A stretch of DNA of 64,000 nt from Phycisphaerae bacterium (GTDB lineage Bacteria; Planctomycetota; Phycisphaerae; UBA1845; Fen-1342): NCBI GenBank assembly GCA_963675745.2, contig CAXXWX010000028.1, positions 32,001 to 96,000 on the forward strand, written 5' to 3'. Numbering within the stretch: position 1 is the stretch's first letter; the number at the start of each line of letters is the position of its first letter. The notes beneath the pieces were generated by a model. That model did not search any database, had not been told where the DNA came from, and was given only the letters and a program-made list of their open reading frames with translations. The position numbers and the translations under genes were made by a program. Positions 20,265-29,255 of the stretch are shown here, piece by piece.

Positions 20265-21221
20265 GTGAACAAGCGCAGCTTAGTGGGCATCGGAATCGAC
20301 ACTGCCGGCTGGTGGCAACGATTCCGCGATTATTGCGTCGAACGGGATATCCCCCACAAAGTGGTCGAGTTCGAGCGTTCGGACTGGCGTTCGCAATTGG
20401 AGGCGTGCGACGCCGTCATCTGGCGCCCCAATCTGGATCCACCGTATCTGGAAGAGGGACGTGAAAAGCTCTATCACCTCGAACACATTGAAGGCAAGCG
20501 CGTGCTGCCGAATTGGCACAGCTTCTGGCACTACGACAACAAGCGCGCCCAGAGCTATCTGTTTCGCGCCCACGATATCCGGTGTGCCGATACGTTTGTG
20601 TCGTATTCCGCCGAGGAGGCGCGCGAGTACTCCGAGCACGCGACATACCCGCTGGTGTCGAAAAACAGCAGTGGCGCGGCCTCCGCGGACGTGCGGCTCC
20701 TGCGCTGCCCGGCGGATGCCTTGCGTGAGGTGCGCTTGACTTTTGCACGCGGGTGGACTGAGCGCGCGCTGAAGCGCGCCGGCATTACGCTACGACTGTC
20801 GCGACGCGAAAAACGCGGCTACGTTCTCTGGCAGGAGTTCGTTCCCGGAAACGACTCGGACATCCGCATCACCGTCATTGACCGGCGTTACGCCTTCGCG
20901 TTTCGCCGCTTCAATCGCCCGGGTGATTTTCGGGCCAGCGGCAGCGGTCGCATCTCCTATCCCGATAGCGGCTTCGAGGCGGAGTGCGCCTACTGTGCCG
21001 ACATCTGTCGGCGCCTCGACTTCGACGTTATGTGCTTCGATTTGCTGTATCGCGATGGCGAGTTCATCATTGTTGAGATGTCTTACACGTTCATGGCACA
21101 GGCGGTCCATAACGCCGCTTGGCACTATGAGATCGACACCCAGGGACAACTCGTGCGCCACGACGGACACGTTTGGCCCCAGGATCTGCTGATGGCTGCG
21201 CTACTCGGCCACCGCGCCTGA
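20265..21221 (+). CDS. ATP-grasp (RimK-like) protein
   Basis: YDNK, YPLVSKNSSGAAS, WQEFVPGNDSDIRITVI, DFRASGSG, FDLL...VEMS. GGAG RBS precedes the GTG at 20265. Confidence 0.8.
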   Translation: MNKRSLVGIGIDTAGWWQRFRDYCVERDIPHKVVEFERSDWRSQLEACDAVIWRPNLDPPYLEEGREKLYHLEHIEGKRVLPNWHSFWHYDNKRAQSYLFRAHDIRCADTFVSYSAEEAREYSEHATYPLVSKNSSGAASADVRLLRCPADALREVRLTFARGWTERALKRAGITLRLSRREKRGYVLWQEFVPGNDSDIRITVIDRRYAFAFRRFNRPGDFRASGSGRISYPDSGFEAECAYCADICRRLDFDVMCFDLLYRDGEFIIVEMSYTFMAQAVHNAAWHYEIDTQGQLVRHDGHVWPQDLLMAALLGHRA

Positions 21222-21287
21222 CGGGAGAACGCGCCCGCGGCCCGGGCGCAACGCGCACCCGGGCCGCGGATCGTCATCACTCGCGCC

Positions 21288-24200
21288 TCAATCCGCCGAG
21301 GACTCAAATGCACCAATATCCGGCGCTGCGCCCTCGAATGGCAATCCAACATCGACACCGGCGTCGACCAGCGGCGCGCCGCTCGGCGTCAGTGCCTGTT
21401 CAACCTGCTCGAAAAGCTGATCCAACGTAATCGTCCGTTGCTCAAACTCATCCGCCGCGGTCAAGGCCGCCGACTTGTTTAGCCCCGGGTCGCCGTAGAT
21501 GGACGCCGCGCCTTCATTGGGCGGCATATCACGCAGCACACCGTCGGAGTCCTTCCAGAGATTGTGGTTGGAGGAATCGAACGTGTGCGTGCTGCGCCAG
21601 TCGTAGCTGAACAAGCCGTCAATCTCGTGATGGTTGTCGAAGACACAGTTGTTTAGGTAGGTGCCCTCATCCATCTGGATTCCGCAGCCACTACCAGCGC
21701 CGCCACAGTCGAAGATAGTGTTGTTCACGACTTGCACGCCCGGCGAATTCGAGATGCGAATCCCCATCATATCCGCCGCAAACGCCACTGACTTTTCGAG
21801 TTTGTTTCCACTGCCATAACCATGCAGGCCGATCTTGTAGCCGTTGCCGTCCGTGCCGGGCAGGTTGCCCCACACGATACACTCGCTGATCGTACTGTCC
21901 TTGCAGTCCTGCATGCCGATGTTCATGCCGTTGTCGTAAGCGACGCACTTCCGGATCGTGATCCGCTCGGTATGTCCTGCCGTGGAGTTCGTCTTCCACG
22001 AGGCCACGATTCCCTGCGCCCAAGCCAGGTGCGCCCAACCGTTTCGATACGAGACGCACCGCTCGACCAGCACGTCCTGGGCAAAGTCGTCCGATCCGCC
22101 GAGGAAGATGCCCGAGAACCCGTTGTCGTGAGACTCGCAATCGCGGATCGTGGAGAACGTCGTACCGCCTGATCCGCCCATCAGGATTCCGTGTCCCCCA
22201 CCATTGCGCGTGACGCAACGTTCGATGTCGATGTGCGTGGAATTGGCGACCTTGATGATGTAACTCTCGGCGAACTCGCAGGTCAGACCCTGCAACGTTA
22301 CGTACTCCGCGTCTACGAGCTCGAAACAGGCGCGCCGCTGGCCACCGCCGTCCTCCGCCCCGGTCACGATGACCGCTCCCGGATTTCCGCTCTCGCTTCG
22401 GATCGTCAATCCGGCGGCTTCCGTCGCATGAATGTCGACACTCACCAGTTCCGCGTAGGTTCCAGCGAAAATGACAATCGTGTCACCCGCACCGGCAGCG
22501 TTCACCGCGCTCTGGATCGTGTCGAACGGGTTGTTGTAACTGCCCAGCGGCTGGCCCGAGTCGTACCCGGGCTGGCTCGCCCCATCATCATCCACGTAGA
22601 AAATATCTTCGCACTCGTCCAGCAATCCGTCGCCGTCCGCGTCCGTGCTGGTTCCGTTAGCTATGTCACACTCGTCGGGAATGCCGTTGCCATTGCAGTC
22701 TGAACTCGTCCCGGCGGCCAGATCGCACTCGTCTGGCACACCGTTACCATTGCAATCCTCAGCCGTGCCCTGGGAGATTTCCATACTGTCGGGCACCTGG
22801 TTGGCGTTGCAGTCGGTCTGGCAATCGTCAGGGACTCCGTCGCCGTCAGCGTCGCTGCTCGTCCCATCCGCCAAGTCGCAATCGTCGGGCACTCCGTTGC
22901 CGTTGCAGTCCTGAGCCATCCCCTGGGCGATCTCCCAGGCATCCGGCATGTTGTTCCCGTTGCAGTCAAGCTGGCACTCATCCGGCTGGCCATCACCGTT
23001 CAGATCCGCGCTCGTGCCGGAAGTGATGTCACACTCATCTGGAATACCGTTCTCGTTGCAGTCCTGACTCGTGCCGGCGGCCAGATCACATTCGTCCGGC
23101 ACGCCGTTCTCGTTGCAGTCCTGGCTGGTACCGGCGCCGATCTCGCATTCATCGGGCACGCCGTTACCGTTGCAATCCTGGGCCATCCCCTGGGCAATCT
23201 CCCAGGCGTCGGGCATATTGTTCCCGTTACAGTCAAGCTGGCACTCGTCCGGCTGTCCGTCGCCGTTGAGATCAGTGCTCGTGCCGGACGCGATATCACA
23301 TCCATCCGGAATGCCGTTCGCATTGCAGTCCTGACTCGTGCCGGCGGCGATGTCGCAATCGTCTGGAACACCGTTGCCGTTGCAGTCGGGGGTCATCCCC
23401 TCTGCAATCTCATACGCGTCGGGGACTGAATTGCCGTTGCAGTCGAGTTCGCATTCGTCAGGGATGCGATTGCCGTTGACGTCGGAACTGTCGCCTGACT
23501 GAATATCACACTCATCGGGCGTCCCATTGCCGTTGCAGTCCTGGCTGGTGCCCAGTTCGATATCAGCGTCATCCGCCACACCGTTGCCATTGCAGTCGGG
23601 GGTATCCACTTCAGACGTTTGTTCATCCCTGGGCTGCATGGGCAAGCTGTTCGGATCGGATTCGCAACTGTCGATGATGCCGTTGCCGTTATCATCGATC
23701 GCGGTGCCGGCCGAGATGTCGCAATCATCGGGCACGCCGTTACCGTTGCAGTCACGGTCCGGGTTGTCCGCGATTTCCTGAAGGTCGGCGATGCCGTTTC
23801 GGTTGCAGTCGACTGGGGCCGGCGTGTCTTCGCTGCTCGGCAGGTGAATCGGCTGCGCGTCGTTCAGAGAGATTTGGAGTTGCTTATCGCTCGACGTGTC
23901 CGTCGTGCAGCTTATCTCGCCGGCCATGCCGAACAGAAGCACCGAGAGAGTCACGGTGTGAACCCCGGCGCGCGCGAACGTATAGTAACGCTTACCGTGC
24001 GTTGACACGGGGCCGGACTCCTCCACTCCGTCAAACGTCCAACTGTAGGTACCATCGGGTAGGGACGCGCCGGTCACTGTAGAGGCCTCGGCATAGACGG
24101 TCAAGTCGCCGGGTTCGCCGACCTGCGCCGCGCCGAATTGGATCTCCGGGTACACCAGAATCGAGACAGTACCTACGTTGGATTCGTGCCGTCCATCAGA

Positions 24201-24658
24201 GGCGATGTACGTGAGTTCCGTCCACCCGGTAAACTGCGGTTCGGGCGTGAACACCACGCTGGTGTAACCGAATTCCTCCTCGACGATTTGCAATTCACCG
24301 TGGTCAGGCTGCGAGATAATCGAACCGTCACACGAGAACCGCTATCAGTAGCCAACACCGCTTCAAGCGGGAGTGCCTGCATGGTGGCAAGGCTCAGATC
24401 GGGCACAGTGAGTTCGCCGCCCGCCCCCGCCAGGTCACCCGCCGTAGTCGCACCGTTGGTGAGATCGCCCGGTCGGCCATCGAACAGGATGCTGTCGTCC
24501 AATAACCCGAGATCGCCGCCGATGACGTCAGCACCCGGGCAGCCACCCATGGTCAGTGTGGCAAGTCCGATAGTGATAATGACGCCCAGCAGGGCAACCG
24601 GGTGCGAATGGCGGGTACCGCAATCGCGCACGTTCCTCCAGCAGAGCTGATGTTGCAT
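21288..24658 (-). pseudogene. Large lipoprotein (Ig/cadherin-like + PKD-like + Cys/Asp repeats + right-handed beta-helix), split by a single-base frameshift near 24323
   Basis: Upstream frame (GGAGG RBS, ATG 24658, lipobox LTMGGC) reads ...GSRVTV. The downstream frame continues SIISQPDHGELQ...FTPEPQFTG...TYIASDG. Adding one T restores one ORF. This could be a sequencing error rather than a true pseudogene. Confidence 0.75.
22608..23810 (-). repeat. 22 Cys/Asp-rich coding repeats (DCNGNGxPDECDIxxGTSx)
   Basis: Counted directly in the translation. Units are mostly 19 aa, with shorter block-closing units. Confidence 0.95.
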
Positions 24659-24990
24659 TCTCCCGGTCCTCCAGGTTAGGTCGTGCACCCGCATATAGAG
24701 TTCAAACTGTCCGACGCCTTAGCAAACCGCTGCCGGGCTGTGGCCGATCAGTACGGGGTCATTGCCGCGCCGACCGCCTGACCTGACAAGAAACTCGGAC
24801 CTCGCGTGGATATGAATCTCGAATCGCGCGCTGCGACCGTGCGGTGCGAGAGGCACGATCTATCGGGCGGGGCTGCAAAAGCGGGCCCCACACAAAAACA
24901 GGGCAACCGTGCGCCCCCCGACTGGCGACGTCGCGAAAAATGCCGGATATTTCCTCACTGAGACCCGAAGACGCGGCGACCGGGCAATCC

Positions 24991-25001
24991 GGCTATAATG
25001 C
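24991..25001 (+). promoter_or_regulatory. Putative -10 element (GGCTATAATGC) for epsI-exosortase
   Basis: TATAAT at 24994-24999, 50 nt before the ATG at 25049. No clear -35. Confidence 0.4.
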
Positions 25002-25048
25002 CACACCCACCCAGATGGTCGGTTGTCGGAACAGAAAGGCGGCGAGGC

Positions 25049-25819
25049 ATGCCGAAGCCGGATCACGACAGAATGAGAGAGGCGGTCTCCCCCGCACATC
25101 TTTGGCCAGCGACCATCGCGGCTGTCGTGTTGCTCGCGGCAACGGGCTTTGGCAGCCGTGCGTTAAACCAGGCGCTCAACGCCCGGCCGGCGCACGCTGG
25201 ACAGGTAAACGCCGCGCTTGGCCGGGTTCCACTGGTCATTGGCGACTGGCACGGACGCGACATCAATGTGGAGCAGTCGGTGCGTGCCGCCACCGATACG
25301 GATGATCTTCTGAACCGAGAGTACATCCGCGGCAACGGTCTCGACACAGTCGGGCTTTACGTAGCTTACGGCGTACGCGTACGCGATATGATGCCACACA
25401 GGCCCGAGGTGTGTTATGTTGGCGGCGGCTGGACCCGCGAACGCGTGGAACAGATGGAATTGCCGTTATCAGACGGCAGGACACTTCCATGCCGCCTGCT
25501 GCACTTCTCTCGCGGCGGGTTCGATTCCCGCCTGCTGGTCGTGCTCAATTACTACATAGCCGACGGCGTCTTCTACACCGACGTTGATTCACTGCGCCTC
25601 CGAGCCTGGCGCGGATCGCGGAGCTTTAGATATCTACTCCAGGTTCAGATCGTGTCCAGCACAAGTGAGTTTCGCGATGCGGACGACGCCGTACAACTCG
25701 TGCGGACGTTCGCCGCCAAGAGCGTCGAGCATCTGAGGGCGATTCTCCCAAGTTTGAAGCCAGCAGAGACGGCACCCGGCACATCGGCTGCCGGGGCGAC
25801 CGATGGAGAGCAGCCATGA
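25049..25819 (+). CDS. epsI: EpsI family exosortase-associated protein
   Basis: N-terminal TM, VPLVIGDWHGRD, LNREY, signature HRPEVCYVGGGW. Coupled (ATGA) to the exosortase. Confidence 0.85.
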   Translation: MPKPDHDRMREAVSPAHLWPATIAAVVLLAATGFGSRALNQALNARPAHAGQVNAALGRVPLVIGDWHGRDINVEQSVRAATDTDDLLNREYIRGNGLDTVGLYVAYGVRVRDMMPHRPEVCYVGGGWTRERVEQMELPLSDGRTLPCRLLHFSRGGFDSRLLVVLNYYIADGVFYTDVDSLRLRAWRGSRSFRYLLQVQIVSSTSEFRDADDAVQLVRTFAAKSVEHLRAILPSLKPAETAPGTSAAGATDGEQP

Positions 25820-26718
25820 AGCGAAGCCCCGCTGCCTCCGCCCCCCCCGCGGCCCCCCGCCGTGTAACACGCCTTTACGCGGGCTCGTTCGCGGTGGTGG
25901 TAGCTGCCCTGGTTCTGAGCTATTGGCGAGTAGTGGTCCAGTTGTTCAGTGATTGGCAAAACGATGCCAACTACTCAGTAGGCAAGCTCGTGCCGCTCGC
26001 TGCGTTGTATCTACTCTGGCACGATCGCGAGCGGCTCAGGGGCGTAACGGTGGGGCCGTGCTGGTGGGGGCTGGTCCTCATTGTCGGTGGCCAGGCACTC
26101 CGCTTCGCCGGACTGCTGTTGCTCATTGAGTCCGCCGAGCGGTATTCGCTCGTAGTGACGCTCTGCGGGCTGGTGCATTTGATATTCGGCCCGGCAGTGC
26201 TGTGGAAGACGCGCTGGATCCTGGTCTTCCTGCTGCTCATGGTGCCGCTGCCGGGTCGGGTGCACAATGCGATCTCGGGGCCGCTACAGGGCTGCGCCAC
26301 GGCGGGGACGGCGTATCTGCTGGAAATCGCCGGCGTGACGGTCGCGCGTGAGGGCAACGTGCTGGTGCTGAATGACACGACGCAAGTGGCAGTAGCCGAA
26401 GCCTGTAGCGGCCTGAGAATGCTAAGTGCCTTTTTAGTAGTGTCTTATGTACTCGCGTATATCGTCGGTCGCCCCAGGTGGCAGAAGGTGACGGTGTTTT
26501 TGTCGAGCATTCCGGTGGCGATCATCTGCAATCTGGCGCGCCTGATGATCACGGCGGTGCTGTACATGGTGACGTCATCCGAGCTGGCAGAGCGTTTCTT
26601 CCACGATTTCGCCGGCGTGACGATGATGCCCTTGGCTGTTCTGCTGTTGGTTGGCGAATTGTGGCTATTGGCAAAACTGGAGGTTGCTGAGCAGCCGAGC
26701 GCGTCCGATAATACATAG
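25816..26718 (+). CDS. Exosortase (EpsH/Xrt family)
   Basis: About 8 TM segments. Cys-Arg-His triad in VAEACSGLRML, ICNLARLMIT and FFHDFAG; also REGNVL. Confidence 0.93.
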   Translation: MKRSPAASAPPAAPRRVTRLYAGSFAVVVAALVLSYWRVVVQLFSDWQNDANYSVGKLVPLAALYLLWHDRERLRGVTVGPCWWGLVLIVGGQALRFAGLLLLIESAERYSLVVTLCGLVHLIFGPAVLWKTRWILVFLLLMVPLPGRVHNAISGPLQGCATAGTAYLLEIAGVTVAREGNVLVLNDTTQVAVAEACSGLRMLSAFLVVSYVLAYIVGRPRWQKVTVFLSSIPVAIICNLARLMITAVLYMVTSSELAERFFHDFAGVTMMPLAVLLLVGELWLLAKLEVAEQPSASDNT

Positions 26719-26832
26719 AGGCCATCAGTCCGTTAAACGCCGCCCGCAATGCCCGTCAGGCCGGTACGGCAATCGCCGCAACATCAGATTATTTCAGGAT
26801 CTGCGTTCTCAAGCACCTCTCTCAGATCCGCC

Positions 26833-26861
26833 TTGACTTTCGCCCCGTTATGGAATTGAAT
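26833..26861 (+). promoter_or_regulatory. Putative sigma70-type promoter for ORF 26920
   Basis: TTGACT-N17-TTGAAT, about 60 nt upstream of the GTG start. Confidence 0.35.
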
Positions 26862-26919
26862 AGACAGTGGAAAGGCCGATGTCTTTGTCTGCGCAAATGC
26901 GCGGCGATGAGGGTGTAGG

Positions 26920-27498
26920 GTGCGCAAACCGTTGTTGTTGGTGGTGGTTGGCTTCGTGTTGGTCGGCGTGACGACCGCACAGGCTGGCTTTGCGCCGACG
27001 CCGCACTTCACGCCGAAAGACAACGGCAACACGCCGGCCAACAAGCTAACCCCGACCTTGCTCGGCCAACCGCTTGGCGAGGGTTCTGGTCTTGGCGCCT
27101 ATCAGCCCGTTGCGGACGGCTCGGCATACGCCGCTCGCGATGAAGGTTCCAGCCAGATTCGGGTACTTCCGCCCGCACCAGAGAGCGCCGCGCTGTGTCT
27201 GTGGGCGCTGAGCGGTCTGGGCGCATGGCGTCTCGGTCGCAACGCGCGGCAGATGCACCTGAACGCCGTTCCTGAGTGGTATGCACGGCACGCGCCACAG
27301 GTCGGCTCGACGAAGCCGTTTGATTTTGTGACCGGCTTTGAGTTGCTGGTCTTGCCGGAGTGCCTGGCAGCAAGCGTCACGATTGACAGCGAGCCCGCGC
27401 CGCCCGTTCGGTGGCGGGATCGTTTGCCTCAAGATCGCATTCACACCCGAGATTTCCTCGTGGACAAAGATCCACGAGGCCCCCCCATCGTTCACTGA
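26920..27498 (+). CDS. Secreted/membrane protein with internal PEP-CTERM-like segment and C-terminal PRGPP motif (candidate arrest peptide)
   Basis: Signal peptide MRKPLLLVVVGFVLVGVTTAQA, internal VLPPAPESAALCLWALSGLGAWRLGRNAR, ends DKDPRGPPIVH. Confidence 0.7.
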   Translation: MRKPLLLVVVGFVLVGVTTAQAGFAPTPHFTPKDNGNTPANKLTPTLLGQPLGEGSGLGAYQPVADGSAYAARDEGSSQIRVLPPAPESAALCLWALSGLGAWRLGRNARQMHLNAVPEWYARHAPQVGSTKPFDFVTGFELLVLPECLAASVTIDSEPAPPVRWRDRLPQDRIHTRDFLVDKDPRGPPIVH

Positions 27499-27640
27499 GT
27501 ACACGTGGTTCGCAGTTGCGGGCCATGTTGGGTCGCGAAGCGCTGCTGTCAGGCGTTTTGCGGATCTTAGTGAACCAGCGCCACGGCCGCAGTTTTTTGC
27601 CTTGAAAGGTCGGGCGCGATGCTAGTGAGAATTATTAGTC

Positions 27641-28144
27641 ATGCGTAACGTGTATGCGGCATTAATGGCCATCAGTGTCGTCGCAGTCGCGTCGGGCGAA
27701 ATGAGCGATATTCGCCTGCGTGTCGCGCCGGACGCCGGCCTGGTCGCGGTTCGGGTTGAAGCGTCAGTGACGCCGACCCCCATCCTTTATGCCGGTAAGC
27801 TGGACGCGCCGTTGGCGTCTGACCGGTATGATTGGCGAACCGGCGGCACAGATCGGAATACCGGCTTCGGCACCGCGACCGGCGACCAAGCCGGGCGTTT
27901 CGCGAGGGATAGAAGCAGGTGGCTACCTGCGAATCTGACGGCGGCTTCCAGCAGCGCAATCGACGGCGCATCAGACGGTGCCAATTCGGCAGCGGGGTAT
28001 GCGTTTGGAAACACAGTGGGTAGTCAGATGCGACCGGCGAGCGGAATCGCTTTGCCGGTGCGATCAGTGCCGGTGCCGGGCGCATCCCTACTCGGTGTGA
28101 TTGGTCTCGGTTTGGTTTTGCGTTTGCGACGCCCAATCGGATGA
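27641..28144 (+). CDS. PEP-CTERM-like (VPVPG variant) exosortase substrate
   Basis: Signal peptide. C-terminus SVPVPGASLLGVIGLGLVLRLRRPIG = Pro motif + TM helix + Arg cluster. Confidence 0.82.
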   Translation: MRNVYAALMAISVVAVASGEMSDIRLRVAPDAGLVAVRVEASVTPTPILYAGKLDAPLASDRYDWRTGGTDRNTGFGTATGDQAGRFARDRSRWLPANLTAASSSAIDGASDGANSAAGYAFGNTVGSQMRPASGIALPVRSVPVPGASLLGVIGLGLVLRLRRPIG

Positions 28145-28209
28145 TCTGGAGCAATCTGAAGCAATTTTCCCCGCCGCGATAGTCGGCGGGTTTCAAGGAG
28201 TTAACGACG

Positions 28210-28902
28210 ATGAGAACTTTCGGAATAGCAGCGGTCGTGATCGCAGCGGCGATGTTCGGTTCGACGGCGATGGGCGATCTTGCGTCAATTACCTTCGACC
28301 TCATGGATGCCGATTACAATGGCGCCGGCGCTTTCACGCTCAATGCTGAGCAAGATACGTACGGCGAAGTATCGCGCATCGTGCCTGTGGCCGGACAGGC
28401 GAAGTACGACAACGACGTAGCCAACGGCTATGTCGGCAGTTGGTTCAACCTTGGCACGTCGGCCGGCGTGGCGGTGAGCATGAGCATCTCCAACATCACG
28501 GCAGCCACTGCGGATGGCAGTGGCTCGTTCACCGTGATTGACGCCGACGGAGACACGATCACCGGTAATTTCAGCGGTACGTGGCTGAACCTCGGCGGAG
28601 CCGCAGCATTTGCCGGCAACGCCAGCAGCGTGTTCTTCAACGACATTACCGCGGCGGATACGACGTTTGACGGCCCCAGCGGCGGCAATTTCAGCACGAA
28701 TTTCGCGGCCGCTCAGCCGTTTGGCGGTTGGGTCATCGACCTCACCACCAGCGGTTGGTTCGTTGATGCCGGCGGTGCCGCGCGGCCGTATTCCAATATG
28801 AATACGCACTTTGACGTACGGGTCATCCCGCTGCCGGGTGCGGCACTGCTGGGCATGATCGGTTTTGGCGCTGTATCGTGGGTGCGTCGTCGGTTGGCGT
28901 AG
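28210..28902 (+). CDS. PEP-CTERM-like (IPLPG variant) exosortase substrate
   Basis: AAGGAG RBS, signal peptide, Thr/Ser/Asn/Gly-rich beta-type body, C-terminus VIPLPGAALLGMIGFGAVSWVRRRLA. Confidence 0.9.
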   Translation: MRTFGIAAVVIAAAMFGSTAMGDLASITFDLMDADYNGAGAFTLNAEQDTYGEVSRIVPVAGQAKYDNDVANGYVGSWFNLGTSAGVAVSMSISNITAATADGSGSFTVIDADGDTITGNFSGTWLNLGGAAAFAGNASSVFFNDITAADTTFDGPSGGNFSTNFAAAQPFGGWVIDLTTSGWFVDAGGAARPYSNMNTHFDVRVIPLPGAALLGMIGFGAVSWVRRRLA

Positions 28903-28938
28903 CTGACTGACACCCTCGTATTGCTGTACTGCCTTTTA

Positions 28939-28983
28939 AACCCGCCGTCGGGCAAACATGATTCCCGGCGGCGGGTTCTTTGT
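28939..28983 (+). terminator. Intrinsic terminator after the PEP-CTERM genes
   Basis: 14-bp stem AACCCGCCGTCGGG / CCCGGCGGCGGGTT (one G-U pair) followed by CTTTGT. Confidence 0.7.
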
Positions 28984-29255
28984 GCGCCTGCCGCCGTGCC
29001 GCGGCACGGCGGAATCCGAAAGCCACGCACCTGGCACGCCGGACCTTTGGCCGGCAATTCGCGCTTCCTGACCAATCGGATCTGACATTACCGCAATAGA
29101 GGAATAACCCAACGGGCGCGCCCACGCGGCCGGAGCATCCGGTTGCCAAGGTCAGACATCGCCGGATAACATGACACGTTGTTGTTTCTTTCGCGCACGT
29201 CGGGTGAACACACGCAGGCGGCCGAGCTGCCTCGGTACCAGATAGGGATCAACTC

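Noticed and set aside
22608..23810. Possible CRISPR array or non-coding tandem repeat
   Set aside because: The repeats are in-frame coding units with synonymous variation and no unique spacers, and no cas genes are present.
24173..24322. C-terminal part of ORF 24173-24694 as a genuine protein
   Set aside because: It is the out-of-frame read-through after the frameshift; the alternative frame gives a recognisable Ig/cadherin-like domain.
29032..29050. Sigma54 promoter (TGGCACG) upstream of the TPR gene
   Set aside because: The -24 box is present but there is no TTGC at the -12 position.
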